From Macrostomum lignano (lineage: Eukaryota), in assembly GCA_002269645.1 (NCBI GenBank), contig NIVC01000268.1, positions 310,001 to 374,000 on the forward strand: DNA of 64,000 nucleotides, read 5' to 3'. Under the pieces are notes generated by a model that searched no databases, was not told where the DNA came from, and was given only the letters and a program-made list of their open reading frames with translations. The number at the start of each line of letters is the position of its first letter. The stretch's first letter is position 1. Made by a program: the position numbers and the translations under genes. Of this stretch, positions 43,738 to 56,670 are shown piece by piece.

Positions 43738-46700
43738 TAGTATCTACTGCTGGAGTAATCCAGATTGATCTTATTAATATACTTAAAGCCCTGCTATCTA
43801 AGTTAGTTATTCGTTGGAACTATGCATGCACTATATGCTATTATTAAACTACGAGTAATAAACCGTGCATTTTGTTCGTAATTAAATTTCAATCAGTAAC
43901 ATTGCTTGCTTTTCGTCCTTTATATAGTTTCTGTAATAATAGTTTAAAAATGCAATGTGTTGTTACTCGCAGGGCCTCACAACTCCTGCAATTAAGGATT
44001 CCTGTAAAGTTTAACTTACGAGGGGTGTTACAAGGATGTACGATATTTGTCTATGGCATAAGTAGTTATTTAGGTTTAGACACCAATAGTACAGGTGTAT
44101 ATTATAGTGGTTAAGTTAGCGTTATAGTTTTATTCGAGTGCGCGGATGAAGCTTTTGTAAAAAATCTACTGGTATCATATATTGTAGTCGAAAATTTAGC
44201 TAATAAAATATCATAAGTAACTGAATATCGGAATTAAGCCGGTTGTAGTGCAGAGGCACTCAACTTAGACTAACCATCGATGCTTAAGTGGTGTAGCGGT
44301 GGTCTAGACCGGTGCTCTGATGTGCCAGCGACCCAGGCTCGATTCCAATTCAAATCTCGGCTTGGCTCTGCTCGTGAAGTGTACATGCTTAACGATAATA
44401 AAGTTAGGGCCGCTGTACACTCCTGTGAGTGTGTGGCTGTGCGTATAACTGCGTACGTATCCGCGCGCTTGTGTGCCTGCTCAGGGGAGTTGGGGGAATG
44501 GGCAGTAATTCCGGGTGCACAGTCTCCTGACTCTAACAAATTAAAATCCACGATCCTTGTTGGCTTAAAGTAAGACGACAATTTTTTGACGTTTTGGTGA
44601 CTTTTCCGGCTTGAAAATACTTTAAAGGAAGGGCCTAGCGTGGAGTGCTTTTCTTAAGCCGGTTATTTTTTGTTTTAAGTAATCGAAAAACTTAACTTTT
44701 CAATTTGGTTGGAAAAATTTTCTAACAAAGTTAATTGACCATTAACCCGCATAATATGATCTGGCGAAAAATACTTCTTACTGATTCGTATATATGTTGG
44801 CGCATCATTGGCAGCTTATTTATAGTGTTCTGGCATAGAAGCATGTTTGAAACATTGCCGCAGTCCTGCTTTAGAATGTAACTAGCTATGTTGGGGCATA
44901 TCAACCTAGCAACAACTCTCAGCCTCTTCTTCCTCAAGTTGGGTAAATTACTTAATTATATCTCATGACGCCACAATTCAATTCATTTGTTCATATCCAT
45001 TGTTCCAAATCGTATTTTAATGAAGCCTGGTTTTATCCTGGAATTATTGTAAATGGCCACTGGGACTTTTTCAAGATATTACACTGGATGTTATTTGAAA
45101 CATGTCACAACTGAATGTGGGGCAGATATTTTATCAGCTGCTTTAACGGCTACTGTATATTAACAGCTGCATGCGGGGCTATCTCTTTTTATTAAAGATA
45201 AATCACTAAACACGACAGCGAACGTTTATCAAAGTAGATACGAGAACACGTAAATAAGTTAACTTTAACAAAGTTTGATTTTGAATATCTTTTCTGCACT
45301 TCGAACTCTCTCACACGTGAAGTCTGACATTAAGCATGTGGTGCCTGAAAAGACACCTGTAGGTCCATGTTTGCACTAAAACTAAACACTTATAGCTAGC
45401 AGTTATAATCTTGAAATCAAAAATTGGAGACCCAACCAAACCAGGTGACGAACATGGTTTGAAAGTGCTCTACTTGGACGGAGACCCGATTGCACTGTAG
45501 ATAGCAGCAGTTGTATTTAACAGTCGCAAACTGCTATAACCTTAAACAGTTGTTAAAATACAGCTATGAGAAACCAGAATTCAGCCGGACCAGTTGGTTA
45601 ATGCATGCAAGAAGCAAATTGGTTTGGATTTATTACCACTTTATAATTGTACGTCCGTCTGCACTTGATTTAGTATTTAAATTTGATTTAAATACTGGTC
45701 ATAAAACAGTGAAAGTGCACAAATACTTGACTGGGGTAAAGCCGAAACGTCAACTCAGAATGCAGTGCAGTATTATCAATGAGTTGCCGGCACTGGAACT
45801 CCGTTGAAGTGTTTTGTGTCTCACAGCCTTACTATAGTAGACGTCTTACTGAAAGATTTTATCTTGGCCGTTACAGAAATCCGACATTGGCACCGGTATC
45901 CAAGAGCAGGTCGACTCAAGTAAAATTACAATAAAGTCGATGTGTGAACTAGTCGAAGAGAAAAATTTAGGATTAGCAAACCAGTTGAATTGGTTAAGAT
46001 CTAATTAACAGCTACCAGATAAGTTGCGGGGGTTCAGGGATGCTCTTTTATCTGCTGCCACTTGATCCAGTGTTTATAATTTATGTTGACCAACAGAGCA
46101 AATACTAATGCAGCAACTAGGGCTGCCAAAGTTCCCTGTTCCAGGCCTTGCTAGTTAGTTAGAAGCAGTCCGTCAGTGCTAAATAAACAAAAGTTCATTC
46201 GGCATTATTATACTAGTCATGTAATTCTATTGATTAGTTTATTTATTAAACGGATTGACAATAAATTATGGCATTATTACAAAAAGGAGCATAAATATTT
46301 TTGACAGTTTGTAACTCAAATTTTCAAACAATTATTGATGACATCAGCGATCGAAAAGGAAGGTGTGCGTAGCATGTTATCAAAAAATAGTGCGCATCAG
46401 TTACAATTTTACTTTCAGTGATACCAATAAATAAGTTTTCCTCTTGATGAAATTCTCGTCCGTAACATTGTAGCTCGTAACTCGACAGATTTAACATTAC
46501 CGTTTAAATCAAAGCACTGATATTGATCGAATTGAAAAAAAAACGGAACTTGAAACATTTTCATCTGATACTTAAAATAAATTACACTGATATCTGATAT
46601 TATAAGCTGGACTCTTGTTTTGTGTAATGATAAACCTTGAACTATTTTTACAAAAAAAATAAATATTTATCAGTAATGCTTAGTAATAGTTATGCATTGG

Positions 46701-46950
46701 CAGGTATAATATCTAGATCCATCGAATAAGTTTTATGCCTAAAACATCAAAATACTGAGGGGTCCATGAGAGAATGCCCACCGAGGTTTTCCCGCTTTGC
46801 TTTTTTGCTGCAGTGCATTTTAGCCACGCGGCAGATTTTATATGCATTGCCCCCCCCCAATGTTTATTTAGTCTTAATAAAGAAATTTACCAAGGACCAC
46901 TATCAGTGGTATGCTGCTAGTGGTCAGCGGGGCAATGTCAGTGGTCAGTG

Positions 46951-47034
46951 GGCAAATCTTGCCAGGCAAATCTCGGCGGGCAAATCTCGGCGGGCAAATC
47001 TTGACGGGCAAATCTCGGCGAGCAATTCTCGTGC
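46951..47034. repeat. 14-bp tandem repeat x6
   Basis: ggcaaatctcggcg units. Confidence 0.9.
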
Positions 47035-47166
47035 TCCCAATACGGAGTCCGAAATCGTTAAAATCATATACTGTCTCTCTTGCTAGTACGATGCAACTAC
47101 TTACAACTACTTACGGAGCTTCCAAAGTGTCTAATACTTCGCACAATAGTCTGGAGCGCTGAAAGT

Positions 47167-48572
47167 CTATTTATTAAGAGCGGACAGCTTTTTATAGCAA
47201 ACCGAATTTAAAATGAAGTCCTGAAGTTCCTCCAGCAGTTTCATGAAACCAGCGCGGAAGATTGGACTGCCCATTGCAGACAAGATAGGCACGCTGTCGA
47301 ATATTAACGTTAGAATTAAGTAGCTACCGATGAAACTTGAAAATCTACCACTGCCTTTCGTTGGGCCATTCAGAATAGATACGAGGATGTAAAGCATAGT
47401 CAAGCAGATTAGCATTGGAATCAGCAGCTGATAACAAACAATAAGTTGCTTCAGTTCATTCAAAAGCGAACAGTTCTGATTGCTAGAGGGCAGCGATTCG
47501 ATTACCACTTCATCGCTGGCCGCAGAAGTCTCGATTCCAGCTTCATCATTTTCAGGCTCGTCGAAATGTCGCCTGTAGGCTACGGACTCGCCCACCGTCT
47601 GCTCAGCAGGCGCGCCTCGGCAGCAGGCGCAGCACTGCTTGCAGCCGAACACAATGAGCGGAATAAACGCCAGTAAAAACTGGACGAAATAAACATAAAA
47701 GCTGATGGTATAGTATCGTCGGATACCGCTATTGAAATAATCAAATCGCATATAAGGATCGGACAACACATAGGCAGTGTCGTTGTTAACACAGTAAAGG
47801 AAGCCATGTAGCATCAAGTCCAAGCATGTTATGCCCAGGGCAATCAATGCCGCTGAGCCGTACACAATGCAAGTCCGACGAACATGGGTGAAGAGCAGAA
47901 CTCTCTGAGCAGGATGCGAATACTCAACTTGGACTATAGCGGTCAGGAAGTAGAAGCTTACGAAAGCAACCAGGCTGGCTTTGTGCATCCAGTTGCAGAA
48001 ATTGATGAATAGGATGAAGAGCGCTGCGTGCGGAACCGATGTTACTCTCACGGAGCTTTGAACAGGCCACCACTGCGAAACTGCTTCCGCGATCGAAAAG
48101 ACAAAGCCCAGTACACAGAAGAGTCTCAGCAGCAGCAGTTTAATGCGGATCTCTGGGTTGAGGCTTTTCGGCGACACCAGACAGCCAGTGCGGTAAAATT
48201 GGCCAGAGCAGACAGGCAGTTGATGATAATCACTGCTTGATAGATGTTGATCCATTCGCTATTATAAATTAGCTCGTAGCCTTGAGTGGCTTCGCAGTTG
48301 TCGCTTCGCCTCGTGACGCACATCAGCGGCTTCAAGGTGTCATTTTCACTGCCGATGAGCCAAGACCACTTGGACAGTCGCGCCTGACTTACCGAGCATC
48401 TCCAGTGCGACCGGGGCTGAAAATAGATTTTGTGATGCTCTTTGCTCCATAGAGATAAGTTTCTGGCGTACTGCTCGGCAGAATACTCTTCTGACAGGTA
48501 GCCCTCGTCCAGCATGTCAGTCACTTTGTCAATGTTGCGCACATAGTTACTTGTCAATGGACGCCTGAACAT
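47167..48572 (-). pseudogene. Intronless 7TM receptor-like gene with one frameshift (paralog of 50375-51736)
   Basis: ORF 48126-48587 matches the N-terminus and TM1 of the paralog; ORF 47167-48255 matches TM2-TM7. The junction at about 48160 is about 10 nt shorter than in the paralog. Confidence 0.75.
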
Positions 48573-50374
48573 TGCTTGGCCACACAACTGGATTTTTTTC
48601 AGCGCTTCCTCAAACAGAATTCGCGCTACTATTTTTCTTTAACTTTTTTTCAATGCGCTTTGTCGTTGGGACACATAAGCGAGTTAATTTCAGGCGAATA
48701 TTTTTATGTCTTTGCAGCTTGGCCAGAGGATTAATGGTCAGTTGCAAGGGGACGAAAGTTTACTGTCTATGCTGACCATTGTCCCTGTTCACTTTCAGCC
48801 AATTATAATACCTTATCAATTGCTGGTTCTGTTCGGGCATAGATTGACATTTTGATTACTATGAACCATAAGAAACGCTTGTATACTATTTACAGTAGTA
48901 TCTATAGACACAGTTGGTTATTATTAAACTAAATCTGTCGTTTGGTATTTAATTCAATGACATTTACCTTGCATTAGGGAACAAGTAGAATTTACTTTAA
49001 GTTTTTTTATTATACAGTGCGAGACTTTTGTCTATAGTGTGTGTTGGATTATGCTTGATTCACGATATCGACATTGCTTTTTTGCTCTCGTACTAACAAT
49101 ACTTATTTCTATCATATTAGTAAGGCCCTACAACCCTGAGTAACTGAGTTGAGCATGGAAGTTTGGCCGAAGGTCGTCAATGCGCTAGCCAATGAAAATC
49201 GGCTAGTCAGCTGCTAGAACTTCATCGAGTGTCGTTTGTCCTTTAACTACAACGAGTCTGGTACCCATGAACTCAAGATTCCTTGGCCATGGGCAGTGCT
49301 AGTATCTGATTGGTGGGGTGAGAGGCAACTTAATGGGAGTACTCCTCATCTGACCCATTTTCCCCGTTTTATTGGGTATTGCACTTTGCTCGCTTTTCAT
49401 GTAGTCAGCTTTTTGACGCAGAAATTCGATAATATAATAATACATCCACAGACCATACTCGTAGTCTTGCCTTACAAGAACCCACTGCAAAAAAGTCCTC
49501 TGTGTCCCTGCATGGTCAGTGCGATCCCATCCTAGCAGCGAACCTTAAATCATCTATGACTTCGAGATCGACAGCTAAAAGACTGATTGGCAGGTGAGTT
49601 CAGATCGAGCCCTTGTAGTTAGAAACCCGATTTTGAGGGAGCTGGTTTGGTAAGCCAGATCGACCGGTTTTGTGGCGGCGGATTAGCCGGGGGCGCTAAC
49701 AAGAGACAGCTATTTATTATATTAGATATTACTGGACAGACGCGCCTTCGATCAGCTTCAGTATCGTTCAGTTGGACGTTTGCTTTCTCAGTGTTTTGGC
49801 CAATGGGAAATTTATTTGCCAGAAAAAGACTACCTGTATTGAACGAGCGCAACATTCCTACATGTATCTCCAACGACGCATCCAGTCGTACCCGACGCCG
49901 TCGAAGAACGTCACTGACACTAAGTATTTTTATATTACGCCGACGTATAAACGACGTCAAATTTTGGCTGGACCGTGTAAAATTACGAGCTACCTGTAAT
50001 AATTTAAAATTACCCATTTAAAAAGTCACCTCCTTTGACATCAGGTAACGTTGGATAATTCGACAAGCGGATGACGCCAACGATTGGGCAATCCGACATC
50101 GGTTCGCTGACAATAATTTGATTGGTTGGTTTAATCGAAGCCCTGGTTTTATTCTCTATCTACTTTCTGTTCTGTGAAGCCAAAATTTTGTATAATTTAG
50201 CTGTAAAATTTTCCTAATTATAGCGCCGCTTTTAAAACTTTGGCCAGGCCAAACAAATGACGTCGTTCTAACCGCATTCAGACCAACCAAGTATATAAGC
50301 CTTTTAAAATAGCTGTCTCTTCATTTCGTACCGAAGCATATTAATTCGATTCAGTAATTCAACGGCACTCAAAA

Positions 50375-51736
50375 ATGGGCGAGCGCGACCTAGCGGAAGA
50401 AGAAATTGACAAAGAATGGCAGGCAAGCGAGATTTCCTTGGAGACTCAGAGTCGAAATGGAAGTTCAAAATTGCATCCGCTCTGTTCCGCAAGCCAGACC
50501 AAACTATCCGGCTATGCTTGGCTGATTGGGCGGCCTCACGGTGCCATCAAACCGCTTATGTGCATTGCGCCTGTGCAATCAAATTGTACTCTTAGCAGTA
50601 TTGCTAGCAATGATGATACTATCATGGGCGTATTTGATTGGATTTTGATTGTCTTCCAGTGCTTGTTCGTCCTGGCCAATTTGATCTCTATGGCTGTATG
50701 GTTCCGACGAAAAGCGCCGATCCAATGGAACCGGGAGGTCAGAATTCAGCTGCTCCTATTGAGGCTCTTCAGCGTTCTTGGCTTCGTTTTTTCGCTGTCG
50801 GTTGTTGGAGTGATCTGGTCGATTGGTCATCCGTCGTTTCGCGTCATCTCTGTACTGCACGCGGCTTTGCTAGTCTACTTAGAGAACTTTATATTTGGCT
50901 TGGTGCCTACTTGCTCGCTCTTTTTACCAGTGCTGAGTTTTATAACGGCCATATTTCTGATTGAGCACTCCCAGCCGTCGCGAACTGTGTTGCTCTTTAG
51001 CAGTTTTACTGTTGCTAAAGTTCTTATTCTGGTGGCCCTGCTAGTCTGCATCGTCATAGAAAGCCCCGTTTTTCTATTGCACGGTTTCGTCTATTGTGAA
51101 AGCTCTGCAGGTGCCACTCTATTACTAAATGAAATGTTTCTGAGGGTGCCATGGAAATTTTTGAGAGTAATTCGGATTACTTCCGAATTTATGTCACTTC
51201 TGGCGTCAATTCTGGTCATTATCTTGCTATTTGTGTTCGCCTGTCTGCGTTATTGCAATAGTTGTCAAAGCCAGCCATTCGAGCAATCGGCCTCCGTATC
51301 GGCCGTCGCCTACAGTCGTCACGTGGACGATTTGGACGAAGTCGGGGACGACGAACAGACTGAAAATGTGGTAATCGACTCTCTACCGTCGGTGCCAAAT
51401 GCCGTCCGGGTGGCTGACGAACTGCGGCTAATCCTACTCTGGCATCAGATTTTATTCGGCGCAGGCTTCGTACTTGTAGTGTTTACTCTTGTCGTAGTGC
51501 ATGTAGTCGCCATTCTGCACGGCATGGTATTTTCAAAACTGGTTAGTGGCCTATTTCACCTGATAGGACAGTGTCTGTTCTTTAGCAGCCTTGTTATACT
51601 ATCGCCGCTGATGAGCGCAACAATCCGAGATGACATCGTGTCAGTTCTAGTTGCGATCAAACGGCTGCTCCAGTCATTTATCTGCTGTCGCTGGGTGCCA
51701 GCAAGGCGTGGGGACGGCTTAAGTTTGCTGAAATAG
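50375..51736 (+). CDS. Intronless 453-aa seven-transmembrane protein, divergent GPCR-like
   Basis: Seven hydrophobic segments, a Cys-containing N-terminus with N-x-S/T sequons, LAN in TM1, an acidic long loop after TM5, and SPL..TIR after TM7. Confidence 0.75.
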   Translation: MGERDLAEEEIDKEWQASEISLETQSRNGSSKLHPLCSASQTKLSGYAWLIGRPHGAIKPLMCIAPVQSNCTLSSIASNDDTIMGVFDWILIVFQCLFVLANLISMAVWFRRKAPIQWNREVRIQLLLLRLFSVLGFVFSLSVVGVIWSIGHPSFRVISVLHAALLVYLENFIFGLVPTCSLFLPVLSFITAIFLIEHSQPSRTVLLFSSFTVAKVLILVALLVCIVIESPVFLLHGFVYCESSAGATLLLNEMFLRVPWKFLRVIRITSEFMSLLASILVIILLFVFACLRYCNSCQSQPFEQSASVSAVAYSRHVDDLDEVGDDEQTENVVIDSLPSVPNAVRVADELRLILLWHQILFGAGFVLVVFTLVVVHVVAILHGMVFSKLVSGLFHLIGQCLFFSSLVILSPLMSATIRDDIVSVLVAIKRLLQSFICCRWVPARRGDGLSLLK

Positions 51737-53149
51737 CTAATTGGTACAATACTACCTAATGCTATGTTCGAGACAGGTTATCACTTACCACTGAGGCAGA
51801 AAAGCGTAGAAAAGGTCTACTTTTGTTTGGCAACTTGAAACTCTTAATAATCACCAGTATACAGTTAAAGTACCATTTAATTTTTGCGTTGTGATTTTTG
51901 TGTTGATTTTACTAATTCTAATTTGAAGGCTAAATTGTTTCTTGATTGTATTCAATCATTCATCAGTAATAACTTAATAAGTTTCAAAAGCCGTCAAGTC
52001 ATTTAACCTCAATTTCAATAATTTTTTCAATTACTAAAATGCGTCTGATATAAAAAACAAGAGAAGAGATTTTCTTAAAGTTTTTGGTAAATTTTTTGCA
52101 CTTTTGCGCTTTAAATGGTTTTAAGAGAGTTCATTCGATGATTACAAGTATTTAATGAATTATGCTTAATAAACTTTATTCACTAACAATGTAGAATTAT
52201 TTTTCCTAGTAGAATGGGTAACTCAATATTTTTACGGAGCTAATCAATCAGTGTGTCTACATGTATCTTTAAACTTTAACTTTATCTGCGCATGGTAACA
52301 GTTGCCAACATGTAGCTAGCTATCCCATTCAGCTGTGAAAAATATGGATTTGTGGTGTGTAAAGGCAGTAAAAATTTATGAAGGTGTAAAGCGCTGAACC
52401 TTCGGAATTTTTCACTTGCCGGCTTGTTTAATTTGACAATGTCAGCAGAAGTAGAAACGCTCTAATCTAAACAAAATTGCCGATGGAATTTTAGATAGCC
52501 ACGAGGCAAGCGTAGGTTCAAACAATTGTAGCAAAGAGAATTAATCCATTGTCGACTTATTGATGTAAATTTCTGCCAGCGAAAATGTCCACTTAATGAT
52601 GCGTGCGAACGCAAATCATGTGACGCAGAGTGTAAAGATTGCCATTGTGATAGCTACATGTAAAGCGCTTTTCAAATCGCTTATGGAAGTTTCTGCGCAG
52701 ATTTTGTTGGCCTTGCTAATAACGACCTAGCTATCTCTGCCAGCTTATTCTTAAAGTTATTTTTCGTTTTATACGAGTTATGTGCGTGTAGTACTATATT
52801 TAAATCTCTTACAGTCTTATGTAAACTATTGCATGCAGTTGGAACCATGTGACCGTATACCAGCTAAGATAAGGCTATTTTACAGGTGGATTAAAACCTC
52901 GACGCAAAAAAGTAACTTTGTATGGCTTGTTTCTTTCACGAACGCTCCTAAGTGTTGATATAGCTGGAGCGATTTGTTCAGCGAAGCTCCACTGCTCCAT
53001 GCAATTCGCACTCAACTTTGATGCACGAACCTCATGCTTAGTTTTACTGCATGTTAACTGATATGTTATCCTAATCATTATTTCAATATATACACAAAGA
53101 TTTTTTTTGGTCTACACATTACGCAACAACAGCGAGTATTCTATTTGCC

Positions 53150-56100
53150 TTCACACGCGTAGGTGATACTGGGTCGAATAATGCCGGTGTAGATCCACCT
53201 GACCGTCTTGGAGATAGTCCCCAGGTAGGCCGGATGGCTCTCCTCACCTGCGCGAAGCAGCGTTTAGCGCGCCCAATGACATTGTCAGCGTGCTTGGTCC
53301 AACGCAGATCGTGCGTGAGCGTCCCACCTAGATATTTTGTTTTATACCAGGGCAATGCCGTTACAATGGCTGGTGAGGTTCCGCATGCTCCACTTCCGCT
53401 TCCTGGTGAAGATAATGGCAACCGTCTTAGCGGTGCTAGGTTAGGCCGTGCCGGGTAGCCCAGGTTTGCGCCTTATCGGCGAACTGCTGCATCAAGCTTC
53501 GAAGGTGCTGGTGTCAGGGCCACTGACAATAGCTGCGACATCATCAGCGTAGCCTGCTTTGACGATGCTGCTGGGGACGTCAGCCGTCAGGAGATCGTCC
53601 ACCACGAGATTCCAGAGCAGCAGGATGAGCACCCCACCTTGGGCTCCGCCCTTTGTAACCGTATGGGTGCAAGTGGCATCCATGAGGGTAGAAGTCACTT
53701 CTCTGTTCCGGATCATAAAATCGATCCATCGCATAAAACGTTATTGAAGGCCCCATCGATGTCACAGAAAAGACCACAGGCGATCTTCTTGCTCAGGATA
53801 GCTTTCTCAATGGCTGAGGTAATAACATGCAACGCGTGCTCAGTAGTTTTACCTGGTTGGAAGGCGAATTGGTGCGTACTTATGGGTGCCATCCTCAACT
53901 CGCTGTCCCGCAGCCTCCACAAGAGCTCTCTCCATAAGCTTAATACAAAAGGATGTTAGGCTGATGAGGCGGAAGGATTTAACATTAGTATAGTTGCCTT
54001 TGGCAGGCTTGGGAATGAAGACCACTCGAGCGGTCCTCCAAATAGTGGGGATGTACCCGGTTGTGAAACAGTCAATGATGAGCTTGGAGAAAACTGCAGA
54101 AAACTCTGCAGCTTAACCGCTTCCTGGAGAACACAGGGGGCGATATTGTCCATACCAGGGGCTTTAAACGGCTTAAAGGTGTTGGCGGCCAGCTGTATTA
54201 AGTTCTGCGTGGCGCATTGCTCGAAAAGCTGCCGATCTCTCGGGTTATGATCAGCAACAATTTGCTCAGGACGTTTGCAGGTGGGAAAACACGACGAGAA
54301 GAGCAAATTGAGGGATTCCCCGGCGGTTCTGGAATAGTTTCCATCCAAATGGAGGAGGGAGTTGCACTGGGCGAGGTTGTCGTGCCTGAGCGACTTTAAC
54401 AGCCGGGCTGTGGGATGGCCCTCCAAACCGGCGCAGAAAGCTCCCAGGTGTCCTTTTTGGCCTTCCGGATACAACTCTTGTAGGTTCTCAAAGCTGAGTG
54501 GTAGATCTCCCAGTCCTCTGGGGTGTTATTCTGGTTGGCCATCCGATGCAGCCGACGGGAGGTCTTTTTCAACCGGGTGAGCTCCTTGTTCCACCATGGT
54601 GAGTACTTCTTCCTACCGACAATTAGAGGGGCGTTTTTCATCGTGGCTGCATTTAGCAGCTCGACAAGCTTTTTGCATCGGGCTTCAATGCTCGGGATTT
54701 CTTCGCAGCCTTCCAGGTCTTCGGCCGGTTCGCTGCTGATCAGAGATTCGAGGTCTCTTCTAAAGCCGGTCGAGTCCGCCCTTTTTAAATTTGGACGGTT
54801 CGCCTTGGTGACGCGAGTGCCGCCAACAGTAACGCTGAAATGGGCGTAAAAATGATCCGAGAGCGAGGGAATGTCGTCTCTGACCATCCAATTTTGAATC
54901 TGGTTAAGGATGCTACTGGACGCAAGGGTGAGGTCAATAACCTCTTTCCTGCTAGCGTTTGCAAAGGCGGGTTTTCTCCCCAAATTTCAAATATGCAGAT
55001 TCGACGTGAGTATGAAGTCAATAAGCATACTACCTCTGAGGTTGGCGTTACTGCTAATAATGAGGTTTTTGTTCTCGATGGTACAGAAGTTGGCAAGATC
55101 CTACGGGAGGGGAGACGGAAATTCATCCTGAATATCCATGTACACGAATGAGAAAATCATCCCGTTAACGGTGAAGGTACAAATGTCTTTATTGCAAAAC
55201 ATCGGCATGAGCATGGCTGAGAGCTCGCGCTTGACCAGGGCAATGGCCCTAGGGGTTTCACCTCTAGAAAGGGAGAGAATCTGGTAGCCTTTCGGCAGCA
55301 AGGTGGGCTTACCTCGCACGGTGTAGGGCTCCTGAATAAAGTAGATGTCCACACCGGTGCCACCAAGAGTGTCAGTGAGGCTGCTGGAGGCTGCGACCGC
55401 GTGGTGCAGGTTGATCTGCACGATATGCAGGTTAGGATCCCTGTTCTGCGTGAGTGTGGTAATATCATCATTGGACTCACCCGCAGGTTTGGCCCTCAGA
55501 CGGTCACGCCTCATCATTAATAATGTGGGCATGGCGGGTCGAGAACAAGTCTCGCCCTCAGAGCTGTCCGGGCTCTCGGAGTCGTCCCGGCGCTGCTCAC
55601 CGCCGGCCTTGCGCTTCCTCCTCGGGATGAGGTGGAAGACTACCTTCCACGCTCCAACGTAGATAGCGTGGCCGTTACCTTGCATGTAGCACTCCCAGTC
55701 GGCGGAGAGGTCCATGTAGAGGGTTTTCCCGTTGCCATCTTTGGCCGGCACCTCCTTGAAGGCCAGGAGGCCGTCCGCAGGCAACTCGAGGTGCTTGGCG
55801 ACCAGACGACCGCGTATCTCCTCGATCGTCCTAGTCACCGAATAGAAGGCCCTGTACCTCTTACAGGGAGGCGGAGGGCGAGCTTTCTCAATGAACAGCT
55901 CCGGGAGCTATGTCTTGGAAGTACCCCAGTGGATGCTGGGGAGGTTAGCTAGGGCGGCGTTCAATTTGTCTTCGCTTTTGAAGGCGAGGATGAGATTGCC
56001 GTTAGCGAATCTAATGGACTCGGCCTCAACACCGAGTTGGTCATTGTCCCAGAGGAAGTCGATGTGAGCGACGGCGCCTTCTATCTGAGCATCGCTCAGT

Positions 56101-56670
56101 GTTCCACTAGCTGTACGGACACAGATTTTGTGGAGGGGCTCAACTGCCACCTTGGCGTAGGAGCCGGCTGTCCCCCTGCTCTTAGAGCGCGCTTCGGGTC
56201 CTGTGGGACAAGCGTGCGGTCCTCTGGCTGCTGCCGCTTGCGGACTGTGCTGGGGGCCGCGTTTTACTTCGCTGTCGCGGTGCGTGGTGGTATCACCACC
56301 AAATTCTCCACCAGTGGGAGTCGAACTTTCCCCACTCGGGGTGGTAACCGCGGGGTTCGCGAAGAGAATTACCTCCGAGTTGGAGGGTTGGAGAGATTTT
56401 TTGCTCAGAATCCATAGAAGAATAGCTGAAATGGGGAAGAGACGCAAGTTAGAAAAGGCAGACCGACGTTCGGGGACTGGAAATACCCCCAGTCAGCCAG
56501 AGGCTACCCCCTGCCACGGCGAACAGCGGGAAGGCTTTGGGTCATCATCTCTGACCCGGGATTTCCCCCAGGCTAGGCTTCGGCAAGCCCCCGGTCCACA
56601 CTCTGCAAGATCAGGGGCGGGGGCCGGGTGTAGGGTTGGGTTCACAGCGCCAGGTCGGGTTGACTGTTAG
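53150..56670 (-). mobile_element. Decayed LOA-type LINE: 5' UTR, ORF1, AP endonuclease, RT; 3'-truncated
   Basis: ORF1 with DUF4780-like GHAIYVGAWKVVF; endonuclease QINLHH, IQEPY, IDLTL, LSDH; [71 protein letters not shown]. Many stops and frameshifts; homologous to 3116-5632. Confidence 0.9.

Noticed and set aside
49619-50021. Overlapping ~125-aa ORFs on both strands between the 7TM genes
   Set aside because: No recognisable motifs and non-ATG starts; probably chance ORFs in promoter DNA.
56460-56670. HDV-like ribozyme in the LINE 5' UTR
   Set aside because: Expected for some LOA/R1 elements and hairpins are present, but I could not assemble P1-P3-L3-J4/2 by eye. A descriptor search is needed.
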